Shown here piece after piece: positions 1-12,500 of a stretch of 64,000 nucleotides of DNA. The stretch comes from Albugo candida (taxonomy: Eukaryota), in assembly GCA_040437565.1 (NCBI GenBank), contig JBDOQK010000027.1, forward strand, positions 1 through 64,000. Reading direction: 5' to 3'. The position numbers and the translations under genes are program-made. Each line of letters starts with the position of its first letter. The stretch's first letter is position 1. The notes beneath the pieces are model-generated. The model was given only the letters and a program-made list of their open reading frames with translations. It was not told the DNA's origin and made no database searches.

Positions 1-413
1 GCACGAATTTTGAACTCTTCAAACTCCGATCGTTCCTTGATAGCGTCTTCGCTGAGCTGTCGATTTTCATCCATCAGATACCGAATATAGTCTTGGTCGT
101 ATTTTTGCTTCTCCTCAGCACGCCCCAGGTCGTTTTTGAGCTCCAAATTGTCCATGTACAGGTCGATTAATTGATGTTCCACATCGTCAAGGTGCGATTT
201 GAGTTCAGCTACTTTGGTCTGATAGTCGGCCAATCTGCCGGTTATTTCTTCGTTTTCTCTTCTCAGACGATCGCATTCACTCCAATTTGTCGGTTGGCTT
301 TGTTGGGGAGTAGGAGCTGAAGGCTGGCACATGGCGTATCCTCCGCCGACACGCCTCATATTGCTCGGCGTCATTGCGTTGCTTCTGGCCCTTCGCGCAC
401 GTCCACGTTCCAT
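1..413 (-). CDS. Coiled-coil hypothetical protein, N-terminal part (runs off the window start)
   Basis: Open frame from ATG at 413: MERGRARRARSNAMTPSNMRRVGGGYAMCQPSAP...RLRRENEEITGRLADYQTKVAELKSHLDDVEHQLIDLYMDNLELKNDL..., heptad-rich. Probable 5'UTR intron (GTGAGT donor ~476, TAG acceptor ~425). Confidence 0.7.
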   Translation of the reverse strand, partial: MERGRARRARSNAMTPSNMRRVGGGYAMCQPSAPTPQQSQPTNWSECDRLRRENEEITGRLADYQTKVAELKSHLDDVEHQLIDLYMDNLELKNDLGRAEEKQKYDQDYIRYLMDENRQLSEDAIKERSEFEEFKIR

Positions 414-3265
414 TCTTTTTAAGCTAGTTATATAGAAAGCTTCAGAAAAACGATAATGGTGAGAAAGGGTACTCACGCGTTCCGAACTTCGCTGGTCTCT
501 TGGCAGAATTATGTGATGGTTCATGACCTCATTTGAAAATAGCCGGTGCTCGGAGCTCATGGACTTCAACTGATTAGAAATCATGACCTAGCCCAAGCTA
601 TATCAATCTGGGTACAAAATGATGCATCTATCGACATCGCCAGTAGACATGCATGTCGAGTATCGAGCGGATCACGTCTCCATCGCTTGCATATGCCGCA
701 ACATCGAAGTTTATATTATTTAATAAAGTAGACGAATAGTTTACAAAACAGGCAGCTTAAGTAGCTGGATTTACTCATCTGACCAAATGATAACATTTTT
801 ATTTCGCCTAACTGCATGAACTGATTACATTATTTCAGCACCTAACCGCATCAAGTGATGGAAGGGAGCAACTAAGTGTGGTAAATCATGTTACATGCTG
901 AATTGTAACCTGTATTAAACTCTATTCAATACTGGTATTGATCTGTGCTGAACTCTATTAGGTAATTACTAAACGTTGGTTCCAAATACGATTATCAGTC
1001 AATAACTTCAATTTCATCTGAACTTCTGCCAATATAGTTGGAGTATGTTTTTTCAGCAGTATGTGTCTAACTGGCACGTCTCTTTGCGGTTCATGACATA
1101 AAGTTATAAACTAGTAGTGTCGTGAAGTAACTGTCTAGATCCGGCAGATAAACATCAAAAGTGTTTAAATATCATGCCTGGTTAGAACCTCAAGCGAACG
1201 TATTTCGTGACACGTTTGATGCGCGCAACTCGCTCTCCAGAAGGCACGCTGTTCGTTTACTACCCGCTGTTTCATCTTCTTTGTCGTTCCGTCTATTTTC
1301 TACATTCTGTCAGCTCCGATCGATCGCAGATGGTTGGCTTCAGTGACTACGATTGTACCCTCCTGCATGATATGTTCGTCGCTGTCCGGTGCCGGTGTGA
1401 TCATCACACACGCCATTGCATCGACGAGTTTGACGTGGTCGTTTCTCATGGGTGTTTATTTGCATATTTCAGGCTATAGAGAATGTTCAATTGCATCAGA
1501 AAAGTATCAACAAACGAAGGACTCCATATATGTATACTGCCCCACATACGTCATTTTGCATCACTGCGCATGTTGAGAGAGAGGATAAGTGGTACAGAGA
1601 AGCCATAGTGTCCAACACTCGGAAAACAACAAAGGCAAAGAAGCGTATCAACCGGTAGCACCCATCTCGAGTATCCTTTCTTTGCTTATTTTTGCAACAA
1701 GTCGGCGCCTGATAAAGTGTCAATGTATTCTTTCAGATGGAGGAAGGCTTATTGCGGCTGGAGATGAGATCGGGCTTTAGGTGATGAAAAATGCGCGGAA
1801 GAGCTGAGAGATCGTATCGCGACTCCAGCTCCAAGCCATCACACATTTTACATAATCAGTTGCGAAAAAAATCGAATGTTGATGCTCAGATGCGTCATGC
1901 CGGTGGATTTCTTCGAACTCAGGTCAATTATGTGACACAAGCACAAAATGTCGACCGCAAAGTCGCTGTGGATCGCGATGAAGCATCCACCAGCGCACAT
2001 ACTATCAAAAGATGGTGCAAATGCTACAGAGGATTTCATCGAATACAAAATTGAAATGTCAGAAAATGATAGTCAGAAGAAGATCAGAAATCAATTTTTA
2101 TAAGAAATGGAATACAAGGTCTGCCGTGAGGCAGCCGCCAGTGCACGACCATGTCGAATGTACAAATTCATTCGTATCGAGACCGATGGGGCCGCCATTA
2201 GAGTCACCAGACACTCGAGCGAATTGAGGCAATCTTAACTGCAAGCGGATCAATCGAAAAGGAGAAGAATGTGTCTCAAACAAAGCAAAAGTTATTCTAT
2301 CTGTCGAGAATCGAACCATTCGAGTGCATACATCCAATAGCTGCACATTTGACAAGCGATCCACCTTTCTGATATTTGATATCACTCCGATCGCATTCTT
2401 TTATAGTTTCCAGACTTTATCGACGTCTCGTACCACTCGAATAGAGTCAATTGGCATGGCTTTAGAGGTGACTAGACGAAAGCGTGCCAATAGAAGCCAG
2501 CATGATTCCTTGAAAANNNNNNNNNNNNNNNNNNNNNNNNNNNNNNNNNNNNNNNNNNNNNNNNNNNNNNNNNNNNNNNNNNNNNNNNNNNNNNNNNNNN
2601 NNNNNNNNNNNNNNNNCCGCCAGTGCACGACCATGTCGAATGTACAAATTCATTCGTATCGAGACCGATGGGGCCGCCATTAGAGTCACCAGACACTCGA
2701 GCGAATTGAGGCAATCTTAACTGCAAGCGGATCAATCGAAAAGGAGAAGAATGTGTCTCAAACAAAGCAAAAGTTATTCTATCTGTCGAGAATCGAACCA
2801 TTCGAGTGCATACATCCAATAGCTGCACATTTGACAAGCGATCCACCTTTCTGATATTTGATATCACTCCGATCGCATTCTTTTATAGTTTCCAGACTTT
2901 ATCGACGTCTCGTACCACTCGAATAGAGTCAATTGGCATGGCTTTAGAGGTGACTAGACGAAAGCGTGCCAATAGAAGCCAGCATGATTCCTTGAAAACA
3001 AAAGCATTTTCAAGCAGCGGACACTCGACACGGAATCATCGGATTGGTAGAATATATGCTTTGATGTACTATGTATTACAGGCCCTCCATAAGCGGNNNN
3101 NNNNNNNNNNNNNNNNNNNNNNNNNNNNNNNNNNNNNNNNNNNNNNNNNNNNNNNNNNNNNNNNNNNNNNNNNNNNNNNNNNNNNNNNNNNNNNNNTCCA
3201 TAAGCGGATTCATTACGATATAATATCACAACAGGTTACTAAAATATAAAAGGAATCGTTGCAAA

Positions 3266-5689
3266 ATGGATTCCGCTGTCGTCCGCAGTTCCGCCGCAAA
3301 GAATTCACCTGTACCGCCAGGATTCTCCACCTCAAAGAAATTAATACACCTCAACCTAACCAGTAAGCGTCCCTCTTCCACAATTTCCCATTCCCTTTTC
3401 GAATAAATGCAATTTGTCTCTGTAAGAGGAACAAGAACGCCGACTCCGTCATCGCTCCTTGTTCGCATTTCGCTTCATGGTCGGTCGTTTAGCAAACGTT
3501 CTCTGTGTCGACGGGTGCCATTTCCTTGGTATTTTGGACTGTATCAATCCGGACGATTTTTCAATTGTTTTGAAGAACACACAGCAAAAGGTATATCTCT
3601 AAATGATCGCTACATCTCACTTGTGCTCAATCGTTCCATTCAGACTCAAAAAGAGAACTTTACGTTCCAAAACGGATCCACAGTCGTATTTAAGCGAATT
3701 CAGATCGCACAGATCACAATAGAAGGCGGTATGGAGTACAGTGAAAGCTTCGGCAGTACCGCGAAATCGATGTACAAGAACGCGGCCAATAACGAACTGG
3801 TTACCGATGGCGAAATCACCGGAGACGCAGGGGAAAAGCAGTTGTTTGGTCGCAAGTTGCAGGCTGCCTCGTCGTGGCTGGATCCAACGCTCGATACCGC
3901 AGATCTCGAAGATACGTTTCAGCGAAGAAATTCACAGAGTGTGAGTAAAAGCCTCTGTGATGTTTCAATTGCTGAAGGATTGAGTTGCAGGCCAATTGGA
4001 ACCAATTTGAGGCAAATGAAAAGCTGTTTGGCGTTGTTTCCTCGTTCGATGAGAATATATATACAACAAAATTGGATCGAGAAAAAATTCCATCCGAGCA
4101 ATTCACTGCCGCGGAACGAATTGCTCGCGAAATCGAACATCAAACATCGAGTAATTACCATTTGCAAGAGGAACGAGGACACATGNNNNNNNNNNNNNNN
4201 NNNNNNNNNNNNNNNNNNNNNNNNNNNNNNNNNNNNNNNNNNNNNNNNNNNNNNNNNNNNNNNNNNNNNNNNNNNNNNNNNNNNNGAGTGTGAGTAAAAG
4301 CCTCTGTGATGTTTCAATTGCTGAAGGATTGAGTTGCAGGCCAATTGGAACCAATTTGAGGCAAATGAAAAGCTGTTTGGCGTTGTTTCCTCGTTCGATG
4401 AGAATATATATACAACAAAATTGGATCGAGAAAAAATTCCATCCGAGCAATTCACTGCCGCGGAACGAATTGCTCGCGAAATCGAACATCAAACATCGAG
4501 TAATTACCATTTGCAAGAGGAACGAGGACACATGTCAAAAAGCACGGAATACGACGAAGAAGCGCGATACAGTTCGGTGGATCGAAATGCATCCAAACGC
4601 ATGTCCGATTCCATAAAGCCTTCCAACGCGATTTCGAGGCAGTCGGGTGAGAAGCTCAGAATGATTGGCGACATGTGAATTGATACGATTGTGTTTGTAG
4701 CTCGAGGTCCTAATGCGTATGTGCCGCCGGCGCTGAGGAATAACGTCAAAACCAAACAACCAAACTCACAAAAGATGGCTTCCTCTCTTTCGACAGCCAA
4801 CCACAATGACGAGAAGGAAGGTGCAGTCAAGACAACAGGAGAAAAGTCGACCGATGCGGAGAATTCTTACACAACTTCCCACTCAAATGACAGCATTGAA
4901 AGAAACGTTTCAAACCCAACAAAAACAGAATCTCATCATTCGTTACAAAGCAAAGCGATCGATGAAAGCTCTCCAACGCAAACGAAAAAGGTCGCATCGC
5001 CGCTGAAAGAGACCAAGCGCAATGATGAGAGCTCTATCGCCACTCCGAATGGATCCAATGTCTCCACATTGAAGAAGGGACTCAATCCGAATGCAAAGGA
5101 ATTCAAATTAAACCCATCAGCCACAACATTCTCTCCAGAGTATCCAGCCACTCCATTACTTCCAGGAAGAGTTCACCCTGGAAATGTCCGGTACACTGCT
5201 TCTCCTAGAATAGATCCACGCCCTATCTTTCCACCACAAGATGAATGGATGTACGACAAAGGAGTGATGCTCGATGAGAATGATATGATGCCGCAACCGT
5301 ACGTGGGGTATGGAGTACCTCTACCTCCAGTCATGATGCAGCCTCCAGTGTACCCTCCAATGATCCCACAACATCCGAATGGAAGTGGTCAGTATGGCTT
5401 CGTACCACCAAACTACAGTCATCCATACTTTCCCGGAGAACCTCCCCCTGGTATCTCGCTTCATTGATAGCTCTTTGCCCAAACTCATTCCTTCTTCACA
5501 GCGCCCGTGGCATTTCCTCCTCGTACTCAACCTCCACTTCCAAGGTACGTGTTTGTAATGCTTTGCGAGACGTACTAATCCTTTGGTGTGCTCAGAGAGC
5601 CGAAAGCAGAGCTCACGGATGAGCGGATGCCCACACCAATTTCGAATCACGCGAACGACTCGATTGTGCCTCCAAATACCAATCGCTGA
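3266..5689 (+). CDS. ATXN2: Ataxin-2/PBP1-like protein (Sm-like, LsmAD, PAM2), multi-exon
   Basis: LsmAD WNQFEANEKLFGVVSSFDENIYTTKLD...AERIAREIE...HLQEERG; PAM2 LNPNAKEFKLNPSATTFSP; Pro-rich C-terminus; GT-AG introns; stop TGA 5687-5689. Contains a gap with an artefactual duplication. Confidence 0.88.
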
Positions 5690-5828
5690 AGCTTTTGATC
5701 AGTGTCCTGTAAGGAGATAGAGAAAACATTGAAAGGGTAACTCTGGCGAGTCGGTGATGAACGCATTAGAGAAAACAAAGTGTCTATCTTCTGTTCGCTT
5801 TTATATGCGACGGCCCGGCATTGACACC

Positions 5829-8108
5829 TCAACATTCATCTTCGTGTGCCCAGAATTTGAATGTTCGATCATGACCGCATGAGACGAGATGCTTTTCGTC
5901 AAGGGCGAAATCAGCTGCCATTACCTTCCCGTCATGGCCTTTCAATGTCGCTAAAAGCTTCCAATCTCTAGAACGCCAGATTTTGAGTGTTGCGTCGTAG
6001 GATGCGGTCATGAACAATTCATTCGTCAATGGTGAATATTTGACCTCGGAAACCAGTCCGTTATGTGCCGGGATCGTGTAATAGCACTTGCGTTGTCGAA
6101 TATCCCAAATCCTAGCGGTTCGATCATCACTTCCTGAAGCCACTTGGTACCCGTTTTTCGCGAAATCCATCGAGAGAATCTGTTTGGAATGACCTTGGAG
6201 GGAGAAGATCGACTTGCCTGACCGAATATCCCAAACACGTCCATTTCCATCCAAATCGCCCGTAGCGACAAGAGCACCATCTTCCTGGAAAGCGATCGCG
6301 TACACTTCTCTAAAGTGGCCTTCTTGCAGTAGAAGCTCTTTCCCGGTATGCACATCCCATAGCCGCCAGGTATGGTCAAAACTGGTCGTTCCAACATGAT
6401 TGCCTAATGGATGGAACGCTACTTTGCCAAGACGTGATTGATGTCCACGTAGAACGAGGACAGCTTCCGTTCGATCTGCTGACCAAAGACGAGCTGTACC
6501 GTCCGCGGATCCTGTACAGAGGCAAACACTCGTCGATTCCGTATTTGTATCATCCAANNNNNNNNNNNNNNNNNNNNNNNNNNNNNNNNNNNNNNNNNNN
6601 NNNNNNNNNNNNNNNNNNNNNNNNNNNNNNNNNNNNNNNNNNNNNNNNNNNNNNNNNTTCCAACATGATTGCCTAATGGATGGAACGCTACTTTGCCAAG
6701 ACGTGATTGATGTCCACGTAGAACGAGGACAGCTTCCGTTCGATCTGCTGACCAAAGACGAGCTGTACCGTCCGCGGATCCTGTACAGAGGCAAACACTC
6801 GTCGATTCCGTATTTGTATCATCCAAAAAGCTATTTGTTGGATGCCACGAAAGTCCTGTAACGCGATTGTCGTGTTCCTGGTACGCTTTCACGAGCTTGC
6901 ATTCGCGATCCCATACTTTAACAGCTCCACTCCACGAGCCTGTAGCGATATGGTTGTTGTTTGAAGAGTATTTGACGCAGGAGAGAGGTCGTCCATCGCC
7001 GCTTTGACTCTCGACATTGCTCAGCTTTTCCGCTGCCATATACAAAGACGCAGCATATCGATCCATTGCCTCGTGTTCCTTTGGCTCAAACACTTTTTCA
7101 TGTCGCTCGTCTTTCAGTCGTTTTGCTGTTTTCTCAATAGAAAATGCGAAAATCGCTTGTCGGGCTTGCCGCAATTCAGGCGCTTTAATGGGAATATAAA
7201 AAAGCTGATCGAGCTGCGTCTCTTTCTGCCGGCGGATATCGCGTCCAGCATTCTGATTCTGCAATTCGAGAAGGAGGTGATGCGTGTGGCCGGTCTCTTC
7301 GGCTTGCAATTCCAATTGAGATAAAAGCTTTCGTAATCGCTCGCGACGATCCGCTGGGCCTTCCGAAAATAAGGTGATCGGTTGCCCTAATTGACGTAAA
7401 CGTAGGATAACTTCTTCGACACTGGTGGGAACTGCGATGTTCCTCGCACGTCGTTCTGCTTCCATTCGTCGTAGGATTTGAGCGTGTTTTTCTTGAGCAG
7501 CTTTACTCGTTTCTGATAATTCCAAAATTTCCTTTTCCTCTGCACCCGCGCCATTATNNNNNNNNNNNNNNNNNNNNNNNNNNNNNNNNNNNNNNNNNNN
7601 NNNNNNNNNNNNNNNNNNNNNNNNNNNNNNNNNNNNNNNNNNNNNNNNNNNNNNNNNCATTCTGATTCTGCAATTCGAGAAGGAGGTGATGCGTGTGGCC
7701 GGTCTCTTCGGCTTGCAATTCCAATTGAGATAAAAGCTTTCGTAATCGCTCGCGACGATCCGCTGGGCCTTCCGAAAATAAGGTGATCGGTTGCCCTAAT
7801 TGACGTAAACGTAGGATAACTTCTTCGACACTGGTGGGAACTGCGATGTTCCTCGCACGTCGTTCTGCTTCCATTCGTCGTAGGATTTGAGCGTGTTTTT
7901 CTTGAGCAGCTTTACTCGTTTCTGATAATTCCAAAATTTCCTTTTCCTCTGCACCCGCGCCATTATATCGATCTCTAGTTGTTGTATCGCTGTTTGTGTG
8001 TGTATTTTTGATCTTCTTGACGTGTTTTGTTTCAGTTTTTTCGTCGTCTTTCAACACATTTGCACTCGAAATGGTGCCGAAATAAATTCCTTTTTCTCCG
8101 TCAGTCAT
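5829..8108 (-). CDS. PRPF4: U4/U6 snRNP protein Prp4 (SFM + WD40 repeats)
   Basis: VPTSVEEVILRLRQLGQPITLFSEGPADRRERLRKLL (PRP4 motif) and WD40s such as GTTSFDHTWRLWD...LLLQEGH and GRVWDIRSG. Two gaps with duplicated flanks inflate the span. Confidence 0.95.
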
Positions 8109-8354
8109 TTTTCAAAGTGTGATTTCAAGGTCAAGCTGAGAATAAACTAGGACTTCTTTGGATCCCTGAAAGATGACTTCATAATGCGATTAAAGTGATA
8201 CAAAAAGTGACGTAAATGTATCATTAAGCGGTACAAAAGTATGCACACGTCGTAGCAATCGATATGCGCTTCTATCGTGCACGATTCTCTGCCTCTAACA
8301 ATCGTTCCCCGCTTCGTATTGGGCAAACGAATCCTTCACTCTGAATAAAAGGAG

Positions 8355-9399
8355 TCAAGTGATCGATTTGAGCTTTTCATACGCTGAATTGATAATTCCC
8401 CAAGACAGCAACGATCTGATAAAGTTCATATAAACTCCACGATATAAACGCCGTATACATCGCCCACGTTCGTCATACGTCAGTTGTAGTGCCTCAAAGG
8501 GTCCAATAAAGCGACCTCCATACACACTTTGCATCCTCGTTCGAGCCACTGCATACAAAAAGCAAGTCAGAAATACGATCCCGTGGAAAAGGATTCAATG
8601 TACCGTTAATTGGGTACGTAATTGTACTAATTGCTGCACCAAGTAATGCGCCACTGAAGAAATCATTCAATAGCTTGGACGTTGAGGAAGTCGCAGAAGG
8701 TAAGAAGGTCCGTATGGGATCACGCAAACCGAAAAAAAGCATATTCGCTGGTCCATTACGAAGAAGAACAGCCGTCAATCCACGATAATGCTCTCGAAGA
8801 CCGTGTCGATTTATATGAACTAATGCATCATATGAACTCGTGATTTTTGTATTGAACTTTGGTGTTTGCAGAAGAGTTTGCGCACGCTATCAAAAGAGTC
8901 GTTTTTCATGAGAGAGTTAAAATTAAAAAAAATGACTTGTAAACAGTACCTCAAAGGGAGTCAAGATAGCCTCCGTCGTTCCCGATAGCGCGGCCGATAG
9001 TAGCTTTGTATATAGATGCCGACCAATTTTCAGCTCCAGTAACTCATCAAACCAATTGTATAAACCAAACATGATCGATTTCGACACTACAGCCTGCAGC
9101 AAGGGTGGTCGTATTCCGCGGTACAGCATCGTGATACCTTCGTCTTTGACATTTTTATACGCTTGTAGCGCAGTAAATCCATACAATTGCTGACGGAACA
9201 TAACTTTATTGGGTGGGAATGTGATCACAATGTTAACTGCTGCTGCACATGCCCCGCAAGTGAATTCGCGCAAATGCGGATACTTTCGAAAGAATCGATG
9301 TCTTTCAGGTTGAAACTTTGACTGATCAAAAAGCGAGGGCGAATGCGTCGAAGAAGGTGCTTCTGAGTTCAATGTCGAAGCGGGAGGTCTTTGTACCAT
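8355..9399 (-). CDS. Mitochondrial carrier, SLC25A51/MCART1-like (putative NAD+ transporter), 3 exons
   Basis: CGACAAAVNIVITFPPNKVMFRQQLYG, GTTEAILTPFER, HYRGLTAVLLRNGPANMLFFGLR, RSLLSWGIINSAYE closely follow SLC25A51 family motifs; introns at about 8888-8949 and 8552-8623. Confidence 0.85.
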
Positions 9400-9572
9400 A
9401 GAAACATGGAAAGCTTCAATAAAAGTGATACAGAATTGTTTTCTTTATTGTTTTTGCTTTCTTCCGACTTCCAGCAATATGCTTCAAATTATAGCCAATC
9501 AATTTGCTACATACGATTTCGACACATTCGATTCGCTAAATATATCAATCTTTCCTTTTTCATTTCTTCCAA

Positions 9573-12500
9573 TCAAATAAACGCGCAATCTTGCTTTATA
9601 ATTTCTAACAATTTGTTCATTTCCGCGGAATTCGACACAACCGATCGTTTCTCTGCAGCAACATGTCAATTCGTCAGTCCACAATCCGTACATCCAAATA
9701 ACATACCGCTGGCTTCCTGATGCGTCGTACCGCTGACACTAAAACCGATCATTTTTTCGTGTTTGATCTCTTTAAAATTATTCGGCGCTTCACAATGGAT
9801 CTATCAGCAAATATGAGCACATTTCTCCTCTCAATGGGAGAACCTCACCAAAAACTGTAAAAAAGCGGCCACATCGTTGGTAGCGTCTTCCTCTGATTTC
9901 CAAAACAGCAAACGAAAGGAGCGATATACCAAAAAGAATCTCTGCAAAAAAATAAAAAAGTCAGCGAATCGGAAGCTCAGTGATTTCCTTCAACTGAACC
10001 TTATAGTGCCGCTCGTGATCGCTTTTCGAGTGAACATACCCAATCCAAAGCGCGTGATGTCGCATTCGCATCAGTTCCATTTCTTCGACTTGTTTTTCTT
10101 TCTCTCTGCTTTGATCATAAGCCTCTCTTTGGTTCGAATACACTTTGATGAGATCTTTGTCCGTGGGAATGGATGACAGGAAATTCCACAACATATTTCG
10201 AAATCGATTGCTTGGTGGATGATCCTTTAGTAGAGCTGCACCAAACTCCGAGCAGCCGAATAATAAGACAATCCAGCGCCCCGGAATCACAGAGAAAATG
10301 AGTGCAGCTGCCAGGAAAATGACACAAACGACCGCTGTTTTCCATGGATGGGTCCAATTGAAGACATTCTCCACACAGGCGACTGTACCACATGCTCGAC
10401 CGACTTGATTTTGCACAGTTTTCATGGTATCCATCATCTTGTAAAAGGTATCTACCAGCTGGCCGCCAAGAACAGCATGCGAGAATTTGTCTTTTTGAGC
10501 CAATGCCGAGCACACATAGTCGGAATATGCTCGTTTCGCTCGTGTATGGATAGTCATGGTGTTTTTCTCTGAGGAATTGATGTCAAGAGGACTCGAGTCT
10601 TCGTAACTGATCGGAGACGTCTCCGATGGAGTGTCCAAACTCACACTGTTTCTTCGATCGTTTGGGTACTTTGACGCAAATGTGTGAGTCGGATGTGCTT
10701 CTAATTCACATAATCTCACTCGGATTTGCAACGTGGAAAGTGATGGAGCAGTCTCCGATTCGGATTGCGTCGATTTGTCTTCGAATTGCTGTAGCAGATT
10801 CAGAGGTATGGTCCTCTCGTGCATTCGGTCGGATGTTGTGGCTATATAACTCAATGGGATCGATCCAATGGCGACGATGAATTCGGGTGTTTCTTTGATC
10901 TCTCCATTCGTATTCATGCACAACTCGAATTGGATCAATCCGGGGCTTGATTTCCATGGAACTAAATTCGCATGGCCGGTGGAATCCTTCTTTCGACATT
11001 GAGGTACAGGGAAGAAGAACGCATGGCTATCGACGCCGCACGTCGGAGGTGTCTCATCCACAAGATCTTCAGAGTGTTTTCTTTTGTACTCCAAATACGT
11101 CCGACATCTTGGGCAATTGCATTCTTGAGGATCATGACGCCACGATACATTCAAATTTCGGAAAGGGGATTCATTTCGGGTTTTGGACCCAAAAGCCGAT
11201 GCAAATGTATTGGTGCTAGCCGTCAGATGCGGTGGTATGAACTTTGTTCTCCATATTGGCGATGTGCTCATCTCGACTGCATGAGTCCACCCAATAAGTG
11301 CTTCTTCGAATTCCGACGGGATAAAAACGGTTCCAGTGTATGGAGCTCTATCATTTGGTAGATATTTCATTCTCACATACAGCCTTCTCTTTGCAGTTGA
11401 TGCATCTTTGGACAGCGCATAAAGTGCCTCCGTAATGGCTTTCTCTGTGCGTTGTGTCAATTGGGCTCCATGGACCGCGAGATAGAGGGCAGCAAGCGGC
11501 CGATGCATTTTCAAATTATTAATTTGGTCATTCTCGTACTCCAAATGGCCGATCCATCGATCCAAATACGCGTGACTCAGTCGAAATCGGAGCTGATACA
11601 GCAAAAGAATAATGAGACCATAAAACACATACGCTCCAAAGTATTCCAAATCGACTTTGATACAGAGAATCACAAACAATCCAAACCAAAGCGACGATCT
11701 CAGCTTGTCCTTCCACGAGATGACTCGTGCATATTCGACGTCGAGCCATTTGAAGATCCGAAGAATGCGACCAAAGCGGTCGAATGTCGCCTTCAGAGAC
11801 TCCACATTGCATTCCTTTTCTTCGCGTTCCAAAAGCTGAGTCTCTTCGGGGAGACGAAATCGGAAGAGATCACGAGTGGATTCCACATACTCAAATTTGG
11901 CCATCAGGAAACCTGCAATTCGTTTCCTGCTCGACGGAGTTGTTGACAGCGCTTTACTGGATATCCTGAGGTCAAAACGCTCAAGGTCGTCTCCAGTGGA
12001 TTTATACGAACGCAAGCTCACTGAATTGGATGCGTTGGTGTCATCAGACTTTTGATCAGATGATTTTCTTCGACTCAGTATTTTGGAGACTGCCGCATTA
12101 AAATCACGGTACATGAGCTTGTCGGCTTTGCGTTGCAACAATTTGAACAAATCGATCGACATCTCTCCGAACGACGCATCCGTGTTAAAGTCGATGGCCT
12201 GAATGTGCAGGACGGCATCTCGATGACGTACTTTCCAGCAGACTCTTTCTTGGAAGACAGGATCGGCAGTTTTCAACACTGGAGTCGTCTCATGCATCGT
12301 GTCTTCAAAATTCAGTCGGCAGTATGTGTCACCTTCATAAATGTTTTTGATATGGAAATCCACGTCTGGTTGACATTGCTTTGTGCAAACGTGGAGGCTA
12401 TACAGATTGACATACAGATGACCTACACAAGAATTATGGGATGAAGCTTGACTTTCAGAAGGAGGGACTTCATGGTCATTGAGAATACGGAATTTCAATC

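Noticed and set aside
2098-2385. GDSNGGP resembling the trypsin GDSGGP motif on the minus strand
   Set aside because: It has an extra residue, no His/Asp motifs, and the surrounding frames are full of stops.
2135-7967. Direct duplications flanking 100-N gaps (about 2135-2516/2617-2998, 3936-4185/4285-4534, 6388-6557/6658-6827, 7248-7557/7658-7967)
   Set aside because: Identical copies abutting fixed-length gaps inside single-copy genes; these are unmerged contig overlaps, not real repeats.
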